Shown here: in pieces, positions 8,814 to 17,474 of the stretch
Numbering within the stretch: the first letter of the stretch is position 1
How the letters are laid out: every line of letters begins with the position of its first letter
Origin: Acidobacteriaceae bacterium
GTDB lineage: Bacteria > Acidobacteriota > Terriglobia > Terriglobales > Acidobacteriaceae
Assembly: GCA_003166855.1 (NCBI GenBank)
Contig: PMUM01000330.1
Span: 541-64,540 of the forward strand
DNA: 64,000 nucleotides
Direction: 5' to 3'
Made by a program: the position numbers and the translations under genes
The notes under the pieces: generated by a model
Seen by the model: only the letters and a program-made list of their open reading frames with translations
The model's database searches: none
Told to the model about the DNA's origin: nothing

Positions 8814-8829
8814 TGGCAATCGTTGTGCC
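8814..8829 (+). promoter_or_regulatory. sigma54-like -24/-12 element TTGGCAATCGTTGTGC
   Basis: GG-N10-GC spacing is correct: TGGCAa / gTGC versus the consensus TGGCAC-N5-TTGCW. Lies about 50 nt upstream of the beta-barrel gene ATG. Confidence 0.35.
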
Positions 8830-8878
8830 TAACCACATGTAAGTACGAGGCGGTTTCTAGTCGGAAGGGCAGAGCCTA

Positions 8879-10732
8879 ATGAAGGCAGCGAATCGAATCA
8901 TCGGATTAGCAATACTGATGATGGCGCAACTTATATGCGCCCAAAGCGTGCCCCAGTCCCAGACCCCAGAACTCTCGATTGGCGAAAACACAAAGCTGAG
9001 CGCCGGCGGCCTGTTCACCTTCGGATACAGTGGAGATTATGGCGACGTCATTCCCTCCGACCACGGACTGACATTCGGAGTTGACGGCAAGCTCTCCGGT
9101 TATTACTACAATCCCAACTTTATTTCATTCACGGCATCGCCGTACTACAACCAGTCGCGGGCCGATTCCAGCTATCAATCGCTGACTGGGGCGAGCGGCG
9201 TCAGTGCGACAGCCAACCTCTTCAGCGGCAGCCATTTTCCGGGATCGGTGAGCTACCGCTATGACCGGAACAGCAGCGGGACGTTTGGTCTGAGCGGGCA
9301 GCCCAACTTTACGACCATCGGAAAGGGCGATGGTTTCGCTGTCAACTGGAGCGCCCTGCTTCCGAATCTGCCCACTCTTTCTGTTGGATATTCGCAAGGC
9401 GATGGCAGTGGCACGATTTATGGAACCAGCGAAGAAACAACGACGAGCACGAGACTGTTCAATGTGCGCTCCGGCTATCAGATCGCGGGATTTCGGCTGA
9501 ACGCTTTTTACGACCGCAACAGCTTGAACTCAAAATTTCCGGAATTCCTGTCAGGCCAGTCGGAATCGGTGCAGGACTCAACTGGCCACGACGTGGGAGT
9601 TGGAGCGCAACACGCTCTGCCCCTTCACGGCCAGTTTTATGCGAACTACAACCGATCGTCGGCCGAGAGCAACTACTTCTCAGATACGGGACAGAGTTCC
9701 AACGTCTCGAACTATACCGACGATATCGTAAACACCGGCGCGAGTTTTCATCCCACGCAGAAACTATCACTGAATGTCACCGAGAATTACACGAGCAACC
9801 TGAATGGATATCTTGCCCAGAGTTTGAGCAGTAACGGAACCGCACAGCCTGGAATCAGCTTGGGGACCGGGGCGCATTCCTCGACCATAGGCGGTGGCGC
9901 GACCTACCAGTTCACGAATTTTCTTTCGGCGTCATCGCAGGCCACCTATTACGACCAGGAATATTTCGGGAAGAGCTACACCGGAACTTACTTGAGCGGC
10001 ACGGTGAACTACGGTAAGCGGCTGTGGGATATGTTCACGTTCTCCGGCTCGGTGGTGGACAGCAGCAACGGCCAGGGGACCAACGCCTTGGGGTTCATTG
10101 GCAATGTGAATTTCTTTCACCGTTTCAAGGGCTGGCAGACATCAGGCGTATTCAGTTATGCCCAGAATGTGCAGTCGTTGCTGGTGACGTATACGAGCTC
10201 GTACTACAGCTACAGTGTGAATTTGCATCGCCGTTTGCCTGCCGGGTTGACCTGGACGGCGGCGTTCAACGGAACCCGCAGCGGTCTGACGAACTACCAG
10301 GGAACGAGCAGCCAGGGGGAAGGTTATTCGACGTCGCTTAGCTCGCGGAGGTTCGCTGTTACCGGTAATTACACACAGTCGACGGGGATCTCGCTGCTCG
10401 GCGCTGGCGGATTCGTGCCGGTTTCAGGAACACCCGGCGTGACTGATTTCATTACCTTTGGCGGATCAAGTTACGGCGGTGGCATTTCGGCAACCCCGAT
10501 CCGGCGGCTTGTCATCGCGGGGAGTTTTAGTCGCGCTATCAGCAATACGATTGGTGAGACGATCTCGCACAACAATACCGAAATCTACAATGCCCAGTTG
10601 CAGTACCATCTACGCAGGATCGGACTGCAGGCTGGGTACACGCGCTTCACGCAGGGCATCAGCGCGGTGGGAGCGCCAGCCAACACGACATCTTATTTTG
10701 TGGGTATCTCCAGATGGTTCGACTTCTTCTAG
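8879..10732 (+). CDS. outer-membrane beta-barrel protein (porin-like), no heme sites
   Basis: Signal peptide MKAANRIIGLAILMMAQLICAQS. The mature part has no Cys, is S/T/G/N/Y-rich with alternating hydrophobic residues, and ends ...YFVGISRWFDFF (aromatic C-terminus typical of BAM-assembled barrels). Confidence 0.6.
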   Translation: MKAANRIIGLAILMMAQLICAQSVPQSQTPELSIGENTKLSAGGLFTFGYSGDYGDVIPSDHGLTFGVDGKLSGYYYNPNFISFTASPYYNQSRADSSYQSLTGASGVSATANLFSGSHFPGSVSYRYDRNSSGTFGLSGQPNFTTIGKGDGFAVNWSALLPNLPTLSVGYSQGDGSGTIYGTSEETTTSTRLFNVRSGYQIAGFRLNAFYDRNSLNSKFPEFLSGQSESVQDSTGHDVGVGAQHALPLHGQFYANYNRSSAESNYFSDTGQSSNVSNYTDDIVNTGASFHPTQKLSLNVTENYTSNLNGYLAQSLSSNGTAQPGISLGTGAHSSTIGGGATYQFTNFLSASSQATYYDQEYFGKSYTGTYLSGTVNYGKRLWDMFTFSGSVVDSSNGQGTNALGFIGNVNFFHRFKGWQTSGVFSYAQNVQSLLVTYTSSYYSYSVNLHRRLPAGLTWTAAFNGTRSGLTNYQGTSSQGEGYSTSLSSRRFAVTGNYTQSTGISLLGAGGFVPVSGTPGVTDFITFGGSSYGGGISATPIRRLVIAGSFSRAISNTIGETISHNNTEIYNAQLQYHLRRIGLQAGYTRFTQGISAVGAPANTTSYFVGISRWFDFF

Positions 10733-11832
10733 ACGATCGAGGCAGAGCGGTGGTCCGCAGCGGACTGGCTCTTGCCGGGCTGACGGTTGCGCTCGCGCTG
10801 TTGCTGGCGTCCCCTGCAGACGCGGCGAAGCGTCCGAAGGAGATGGTCGCACCCTCCGCACCCGACTTGCTGATGGACGGCGGGCGCAAGCTCTCATTCG
10901 AGCGCAGCTTCAGCCTGGAGCGCGAGGTCAAGCCCAAGCGCAGTTTCTGGACCCGTGTGGTCGACGTGATCGCGGGCCTGCCCGATTTTCATTATCTGGT
11001 AAGCCCCTACAGTGTGGTCACCGATTCACGCGGGCGCATCATCGTTACCGATGTAGCGGCGTCTGGCGTGCACATCTTCGACTTCGAGCAGCAGAAATAT
11101 AAATTCCTCTCGCGGCGCGATGCGAGGAAGGATCCCATGCTCACGCCGCAATGCGTGGCCGTCGATGCCCAAGACAATATCTACGTAACTGATTCGCAGG
11201 CGGGCAAGGTTTTTGTGTTCGATGCGAATGGCAAGTATCGCCGCGCGATTGGCAGCTTGAAAGGTGGCGAAGGATATTTCAAGCGTCCCACGGGCATTGC
11301 CGTGGATTCCGCGGCCCAGCGCATTTACGTTACCGACACGCTTCGTAACAAGATTTTCATGATGGACATGCAGGGCAGCGTGCTGCAGACCATCGGAAAG
11401 ACGGGCGCCGGCGACGGCGAGTTCAACTATCCCACCGAACTGCGGCTGCATGGACAGGATTTGGCGGTGGTCGACGCCATGAATTTCCGGGTGCAGGTGT
11501 TCGACCGCTCCGGCACCTTCCGCTACGCCATCGGCAAGGCTGGGGACGGCGCGGGATGGATCTTCCGGCCCAAAGGCATCGGCTTTGATTCCGAATCGCA
11601 CTTGTATGTGGTCGATGGAGCTTGGGGCGTGGTGCAGGTCTTCGACGAACAGGGGCAGTTGCTGTATTACTTCGGCGGAAAAGGAACCGGGGCAGAACAG
11701 TTTCAACTGCCCACGGGACTGCAAATTGACAATCACGACCGCATATACGTGGTCGACTCCTTCAACCGTCGCGTCCAAGTGTTTCACTACTACGGCGTCA
11801 CGCAGGCGGCCGACGGGAGGAAGCAACCGTGA
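10714..11832 (+). CDS. NHL-repeat six-bladed beta-propeller protein, secreted
   Basis: Six blades (IIVTDVAASGVHIFD, IYVTDSQAGKVFVFDANGK, IYVTDTLRNKIFMMDMQG, LAVVDAMNFRVQVFDRSG, LYVVDGAWGVVQVFDEQGQ, IYVVDSFNRRVQVFHY). An alternative GTG start at 10750 has GAGG upstream and would remove the 19-nt overlap with the barrel gene. Confidence 0.8.
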   Translation: MVRLLLDDRGRAVVRSGLALAGLTVALALLLASPADAAKRPKEMVAPSAPDLLMDGGRKLSFERSFSLEREVKPKRSFWTRVVDVIAGLPDFHYLVSPYSVVTDSRGRIIVTDVAASGVHIFDFEQQKYKFLSRRDARKDPMLTPQCVAVDAQDNIYVTDSQAGKVFVFDANGKYRRAIGSLKGGEGYFKRPTGIAVDSAAQRIYVTDTLRNKIFMMDMQGSVLQTIGKTGAGDGEFNYPTELRLHGQDLAVVDAMNFRVQVFDRSGTFRYAIGKAGDGAGWIFRPKGIGFDSESHLYVVDGAWGVVQVFDEQGQLLYYFGGKGTGAEQFQLPTGLQIDNHDRIYVVDSFNRRVQVFHYYGVTQAADGRKQP

Positions 11833-13745
11833 AGCCGCTCCTGTCACTGGCATGCCTGTTCGTCGTCGCGCAGAGTTTTGCCCAGGTGCAGCCCAACGGG
11901 GATGTGCTGGGCATGCACAACCTGTCTTTGTCCAGTGGCGCGTCGGTCTATTCGCAGGGGAGTCTTGGTTGCACGTTTTGCCACGCTCCGCACAGTGGAT
12001 TGGGCGGCAACACCCCGCTCTGGAATCAGAAGCTGTCGCAGAAGTCGTACGTGCCTTACAGCAGCACCACCGATCCGAATCTGGGCAACACGCAGCCCAC
12101 GCTGGGAGTCACCAGCAGTCTGTGCCTGAGTTGTCATGACGGAACCGTGGCCGTCGGACAGTCCGCGGCTTACGGACAGTTGCCGACGGTCGGATCGCTG
12201 AATGCGGCTGATTCCTTCGGCACTACCCTGACCGGCTCGCACCCGTTCAGCCTGGTCATCCCGCTGAAAGATGCTTCCAACCTGGTTGCTTCGCTGGCCT
12301 CGCAAGGCAAGACGGCCGATCCTACTGGAGCAGTGAAACTGATTAAAGGCAACATCGAATGCACGAGTTGCCACAGTCCACACGTTCAGAACATCGACAG
12401 GATTGCGCAGAATTTTCTGGTGCGCGACAGTTCCAACGCGCAGATGTGTCTGGCGTGCCACGATCCGACGCGCGTGGTGCAGGGACAGGTCAATCCGCTG
12501 GCTGGATTCACCAATAGCATCCATCAGACCGCCACGAATCAGGTTTCCCCCGACGCGCACGCCGGTGCGTACGCCACCGTTGGTGTGAACGCCTGCACGT
12601 CGTGCCACATGTCGCACGATTCGGTCGCTCCGGCCCGCCTGCTTCGGCCGGCGGTACCCTCGGCCCCGTCGTATGATCCGGTCACGCAGAGTTGCATGAC
12701 TTGCCACGGCGGAGGCACCTATCTGGCGCCGGCAATTCCCAACATCATGGCCGAGGTGGCGAAGGTCAGCCATCCCATGCCTTCGGGAAATAACTTCCAC
12801 GATGCCGGCGAAACGCCGCTGCTGAACAACAACCGGCACGCCACTTGCGTGGATTGCCCCAGCGCGCACGCGTCCAATCCGGAGTTGCAGTTTTCCGCGC
12901 CACCCACCATTCGTCCGCCGCAGTCTGGCGCAACCGGCATCAGTGCCCTCGACGGCATCACCGCGATCATTCCAGCCGTCAATCAATACGAAACCTGTCT
13001 GCGTTGTCACGGAACCAGCATCGGCAAGCAGCGGATGGTGATTTACGGTTACGCGCCCATTCGAGTCGTCACGGCTCCAGATTCGTTGAACATCATCCCG
13101 GAACTCGCCTCGACGGCGACGTCGAGCCATCCGGTGACTCACACTCGTTCCAGTCCACTGCCGCAACCCAGCCTGCTGGTGAACATGCTCGACGAGAAGG
13201 GACTGGCATCGGCGCGCCTGGTCGGTACTCAGATCTTCTGTACCGACTGCCACAACAGCGACGACAACCGGGAGTTCGGTGGCGCCGGACCGAATGGTCC
13301 GCATGGGTCGATCAACTCGCACATTCTGGAGCGCAACTATCAGTTCAGCCAGGCGGCCGTCCCTGGCGGACCGGTCACGAATCTTTTCCCCAATCCCGAT
13401 ACCAGCGTCGCCGGCCCTTACTCGATGTGCGCGAAGTGCCACGATCTCACTCAAATCTTCGCGAACACCAGCTTTCCGCAGCACAATCTGCATTCCTATC
13501 AGTATGGGTTCAGCTGCTCGGTCTGCCACACTGCACACGGAAATGGAACCACGTCACCCACTATCACCGGCGAGCGCTTAGTGAATTTCGACGCCAACGT
13601 CGTCGGCGCGAACGGCGCCGCTCCCATCGCTTACAACCACGGCACCAATACCTGCACGCTGATGTGCCACTCCGCCGCCCACAATTCGGATGGAACTGTG
13701 ACCTCGACTGCACCGTCGGTGAAACCTAAAGGGAAAGCGAAGTGA
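11829..13745 (+). CDS. multiheme c-type cytochrome, 10 canonical CXXCH plus one CX3CH and one degenerate CXXCP site, secreted
   Basis: GTG start overlaps the NHL gene stop (GTGA). Signal peptide MKPLLSLACLFVVAQSFAQ. CXXCH counted by eye at 10 positions, plus CTLMCH near the C-terminus and CVDCPSAH at residues 340-347. Confidence 0.9.
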   Translation: MKPLLSLACLFVVAQSFAQVQPNGDVLGMHNLSLSSGASVYSQGSLGCTFCHAPHSGLGGNTPLWNQKLSQKSYVPYSSTTDPNLGNTQPTLGVTSSLCLSCHDGTVAVGQSAAYGQLPTVGSLNAADSFGTTLTGSHPFSLVIPLKDASNLVASLASQGKTADPTGAVKLIKGNIECTSCHSPHVQNIDRIAQNFLVRDSSNAQMCLACHDPTRVVQGQVNPLAGFTNSIHQTATNQVSPDAHAGAYATVGVNACTSCHMSHDSVAPARLLRPAVPSAPSYDPVTQSCMTCHGGGTYLAPAIPNIMAEVAKVSHPMPSGNNFHDAGETPLLNNNRHATCVDCPSAHASNPELQFSAPPTIRPPQSGATGISALDGITAIIPAVNQYETCLRCHGTSIGKQRMVIYGYAPIRVVTAPDSLNIIPELASTATSSHPVTHTRSSPLPQPSLLVNMLDEKGLASARLVGTQIFCTDCHNSDDNREFGGAGPNGPHGSINSHILERNYQFSQAAVPGGPVTNLFPNPDTSVAGPYSMCAKCHDLTQIFANTSFPQHNLHSYQYGFSCSVCHTAHGNGTTSPTITGERLVNFDANVVGANGAAPIAYNHGTNTCTLMCHSAAHNSDGTVTSTAPSVKPKGKAK

Positions 13746-13923
13746 ACGTAACGGGTTTGCCTCAATAGTCTCCAAACGACAAATATGGCAAAGGGGTTAA
13801 AACACACGCTGGATGAGGGGAAAGGCACCGTGGTGGTCCTTTGAAGCCACATCGGCTGCGCCGCACGGAAGATAAACGATTGAAACCATTGCTCAATTGG
13901 TGGCGCTGATGGAAAAGTGGCTT

Positions 13924-13939
13924 TGGCAACTCTGGTGCA
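13924..13939 (+). promoter_or_regulatory. second sigma54-like -24/-12 element TTGGCAACTCTGGTGC
   Basis: GG-N10-GC spacing is correct. Shares the CTTTGGCAA...GTGC context with the element at 8814-8829. Lies about 230 nt upstream of the SGNH/TPR gene. Confidence 0.3.
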
Positions 13940-14165
13940 ATTACCTCAGGTTGCGATGTGTATCTGCGCCCGTACTTCGTTTTTCCGCGGCATAACATGT
14001 TCCGCTTTCAAGCGGAACATAGCATGCACGGGGACCGGCAGGGCTGGATGATTTTCGATCTGACGCTGTGGTTAGGCCTACGGAATCGGATCGAGTCCAG
14101 CCCTGTATCGCGAAAGCCGCAATTTGCCGCTATTTGAAGGACAGATCCTCGGGAACGATCGAACC

Positions 14166-15851
14166 ATGCCTACACCTGCAGAGCCCGTACCCACCAAGAG
14201 CGAACGCCACAACCCCGTAAGGCGGTATGGGCTGCAAATCGCCAGCGCCATTGTGGTGCCTCTGGTGCTCTTGGGTGTGATCGAGGGCGCGTTGCGCCTG
14301 TTCGGCGTCGGCTTTCCCACGGAACTGACAGTGCCTTGCACTCTGCGGGGCAAGCCTGCTGCCTGCTACAACCTGTTTTTTCCCGCGCCTTTCTTCCCGC
14401 CGGGCATGATCAAGACCCCGCAAGCGTATGCGATTCCAGCGGAGAAAACGCAGGGCACCTTCCGCATCTTTGTGCTCGGGGAGTCCGCGGCCATGGGCGA
14501 TCCGGATCCGGCCTACGCTTTCAGCCGGTACCTCGACGTGATGTTGCGGGAACGTTTCCCGTCGATGAAGTTCGAGGTCGTGAACACCGGGAGCGTAGCC
14601 ATCAACTCTCACGTGCTTCTGCCGATCGCGAAGGGTCTCGCGGAACAGCATCCCGACCTGTTCATCATCTACTCAGGCAACAATGAAGTCGTGGGACCCT
14701 ATGGACCCGGGACCGCGCTGACCACGTCCGGCATGAGCCTGCCGGTCATCCGCACCAGCATCTTCGTCCGCTCCACCCGCATCGGCCAGTTCCTCACCAA
14801 GGTCGGAACTCAAAAGAAAGAATGGCGCGGGATGGAGATGTTTCTCGACAAGCAGGTGCGGGAGAGTTCGCCACTCATGCAGTATTCGTACGCCAACTTC
14901 GAGCAGAACCTGCGGGACACCGTTGCCGTTGCGCACAATTCCGGCACCCGAGTCATTATCAGCACCGTCGCCACCAATCTGAAAGACTGCGGACCGTTCT
15001 CATCTCTGCACCGCGAGAACTTGGGTCCTGACGACTTGCGTTCGTGGACAACGCTTGTGCAGCAGGGAGCGGACCTGGAGAGCACTCGCTACTACGCCGA
15101 TGCCCTGAAGGCCTACCAGGCGGCGACCAAGATCGATGACCAGTACGCCGAGTTGGAATTTCGCATTGCCCGGAGCCTGTGGATGCAGGGAGATTATGCG
15201 AGCGCGAAACAGCATTACCTTCGCGCTCGCGATCTCGACACGCTACGCTTCCGCGCCGACACCAGAATCAATGACATCAATCGCTCGGTTGCGTCCTCGT
15301 CTCCGGGCGCAGAACTCGTGGACGCCGATGCCATCTTTTCCAAAGAAAGCCCGAACGGGATCATTGGCAGTGAACTTGTGTATGAGCATGTCCACATGAC
15401 TCCCCTCGGCAATTATCTGCTCGCTCGGGCGATGTTCTTACAGATAGCGAGCAAGTTGCCATCCGAGGCCGGACATCCCTTGACGGAAGCCGACGTTCCC
15501 TCTCAAGCAGAGTGCGAGCAGTTCCTGGCGTTCACCGGCCATGACCGTTCCCGCATCGCGACGGAAATGCTGGATCGCTTGCAGAAGCCGCCTTTTACCA
15601 ATCAACTGAACCACTCCGATCAAATCTTGCGCTTGATGCTCAAATCGCAGGAGCCTGCGGAAAATCCCGATGAAACTGCCGCCGAGTACGAGTGGGCGAT
15701 CCGGAAGAATCCGGGCGACCCAGTCTTGCATTACAACTACGGACTTTTCCTCTTCGAGCACAACCGCAATGCCGCGATCCAACAGCTGAGCTTGTCCCGC
15801 CCATGGGATGGATTTCCAGTTTTTACGCCGGACGGGATGCCCGTGCCATAA
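14166..15851 (+). CDS. SGNH/GDSL-like (DltD/AlgX-like) membrane-anchored protein with TPR repeats
   Basis: N-terminal TM (IASAIVVPLVLLGVIEGAL). FRIFVLGESAAMGDP and IIYSGNNEV blocks resemble SGNH blocks I and III. TPR-like YADALKAYQAATKIDDQYAELEFRIARSLWMQGDYASAKQHY. The track ORF begins at TTG 14124; I use the first ATG. Confidence 0.6.
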   Translation: MPTPAEPVPTKSERHNPVRRYGLQIASAIVVPLVLLGVIEGALRLFGVGFPTELTVPCTLRGKPAACYNLFFPAPFFPPGMIKTPQAYAIPAEKTQGTFRIFVLGESAAMGDPDPAYAFSRYLDVMLRERFPSMKFEVVNTGSVAINSHVLLPIAKGLAEQHPDLFIIYSGNNEVVGPYGPGTALTTSGMSLPVIRTSIFVRSTRIGQFLTKVGTQKKEWRGMEMFLDKQVRESSPLMQYSYANFEQNLRDTVAVAHNSGTRVIISTVATNLKDCGPFSSLHRENLGPDDLRSWTTLVQQGADLESTRYYADALKAYQAATKIDDQYAELEFRIARSLWMQGDYASAKQHYLRARDLDTLRFRADTRINDINRSVASSSPGAELVDADAIFSKESPNGIIGSELVYEHVHMTPLGNYLLARAMFLQIASKLPSEAGHPLTEADVPSQAECEQFLAFTGHDRSRIATEMLDRLQKPPFTNQLNHSDQILRLMLKSQEPAENPDETAAEYEWAIRKNPGDPVLHYNYGLFLFEHNRNAAIQQLSLSRPWDGFPVFTPDGMPVP

Positions 15852-15867
15852 GAACGTCTACCTGTGC

Positions 15868-17346
15868 CTAGAACTTGTTGTACATGAACTGCGCCGTGCT
15901 GGCCCCGCGCGTCAAAGTCACGATCAATAAGAAAATCAATGCCAGCGCGTAGAGCGGCGGGAGCCAGAACCAGCGCGAGCGTGCCATGAACCCGATGATT
16001 CCCGTGTGAGCTGCGGATTCCGAAGTCTGCGCTTCACTGGAGTAGCGTTCGAGTGCGTCGCTCACGAACACCACGATCGCGTATCCCGCAGCCATCGCCG
16101 CCACCAATAGATACAGACTCCCACCCAGAAAGTGCGAACCGTAGCTCGCGGGCGACAGGACAGCCGACAACATCTGACCTGCTTCAGGTAGGGAATTGGC
16201 GCGGAAGAAAATCCATCCTAGATTGATGAGCAGCATGGTGGCCATCAAGGAAACCGGTATCCAGAACCTGGCGGCTGGCTCCCAGTCGAACTTCCGCTGC
16301 ATCCGCTGCAGTTGACGATGCAAGACCAGCAGCACTCCGTGATAGCAGCCCCACAGCAGAAAGAGCACAGTCGCTTTGTGCCACAGCCCGAACAGAATCA
16401 TCGCGACCAGCAGAGCCAGATTTCGCCACCACACTTCCCGGCGCAACATCGCCAGCGGGAGAAAAATGTAGTCACGAATCCAGAACGACAGCGACATATG
16501 CCATCGGGTCCAGAAGATCGAGACGTTAGTGGATTGGAAGGGGCGCGCGAAGTTTTCGGGGACGATGAAGCCCATCGCTTGAGCGGCGCCGATTGCGATG
16601 TGCGAGTATCCGGCGAAATCGAGAAAAAGCTGCAGGCCGTATCCCAGCGCCAGGCACCAGACATCTGTGCCACTCCAGTGCGTGACGCGATCGAACCCGC
16701 TCGCGATATCATCGCCGCCCAGGATCCCTTGGCCCAGCAGTTTGGCCAGTTGCACCATGAACACGCCGGTAGCGATACGCCTGAACCCGTGACCGATGTC
16801 GTCCCAGCGCGTCAGTGTCTCGGAACGGAACTGCGGCAGCATGTCGGGCATGCGGCAGACTGGTCCAGAGATCGTGACGGGAAAGAAAACCATGTACAGG
16901 GCAAACTCAAAAACAGAAGCATTGAGTTCTTCCCCGCGATAAAGATCAAAGAGGTAACTCATCGCCTGGAAGGTCCAGAACGACAATCCCAAAGGCTGAG
17001 CCAGATGCGAGAACCTCTGCAACGACGAAAACGGAAGATGGACGGCCACCTCGGGGAGGTACTTGAAGCTGCCGAGCAACGCCAGATTTAACAGAATGCC
17101 GAGAGAGAGGATGGCCGCGGAAGGCCTACGCTGAAGCCACCGCCCGATCAGGAAGTTGAGCACGGTCGATGAAGCCAGAACGGCCGCGAACCATGGTCCC
17201 CAGGTGACATAGAGCGCATAACTTGCAATCAGCAGCACCGTCTGCCGCGCAATTCGCGAGCGGACCTTCGCGAAGATAACTACGCAAAGCAGAAACAGCA
17301 GACAGTACAGGATGCCTTGGAACAACCTTCCTCCGTGCTTCAACAA
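15868..17346 (-). CDS. MBOAT family O-acyltransferase (DltB/AlgI-like)
   Basis: 492-aa polytopic membrane protein with the MBOAT signature region NVSIFWTRWHMSLSFWIRDYIFLPL (conserved His). TTG start as given in the track. Confidence 0.85.
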   Translation of the reverse strand: MLKHGGRLFQGILYCLLFLLCVVIFAKVRSRIARQTVLLIASYALYVTWGPWFAAVLASSTVLNFLIGRWLQRRPSAAILSLGILLNLALLGSFKYLPEVAVHLPFSSLQRFSHLAQPLGLSFWTFQAMSYLFDLYRGEELNASVFEFALYMVFFPVTISGPVCRMPDMLPQFRSETLTRWDDIGHGFRRIATGVFMVQLAKLLGQGILGGDDIASGFDRVTHWSGTDVWCLALGYGLQLFLDFAGYSHIAIGAAQAMGFIVPENFARPFQSTNVSIFWTRWHMSLSFWIRDYIFLPLAMLRREVWWRNLALLVAMILFGLWHKATVLFLLWGCYHGVLLVLHRQLQRMQRKFDWEPAARFWIPVSLMATMLLINLGWIFFRANSLPEAGQMLSAVLSPASYGSHFLGGSLYLLVAAMAAGYAIVVFVSDALERYSSEAQTSESAAHTGIIGFMARSRWFWLPPLYALALIFLLIVTLTRGASTAQFMYNKF

Positions 17347-17474
17347 ACCGAGGTGCGCGGGAGACCAGCTTTTGACACGCCCGCCGAAGACAGCGAACCA
17401 GAATAGCGAACCAGAATAAAGGTCTGATTCGCCAGTTACAAGAACACTCGCCTCCCTGGATGCAATAATGTTGC

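Noticed and set aside
14041-14103. tRNA-like signal: GGGCTGG ... GGATCGAGTCCAGCCC, with a 7-bp closing stem and a T-loop-like TCGAGTCC.
   Set aside because: It is only 63 nt long. The 17 nt before the 3' acceptor arm cannot form a 5-bp T-stem, and no D-arm or anticodon arm can be drawn. It is not a tRNA. It might be a remnant, but I cannot support that.
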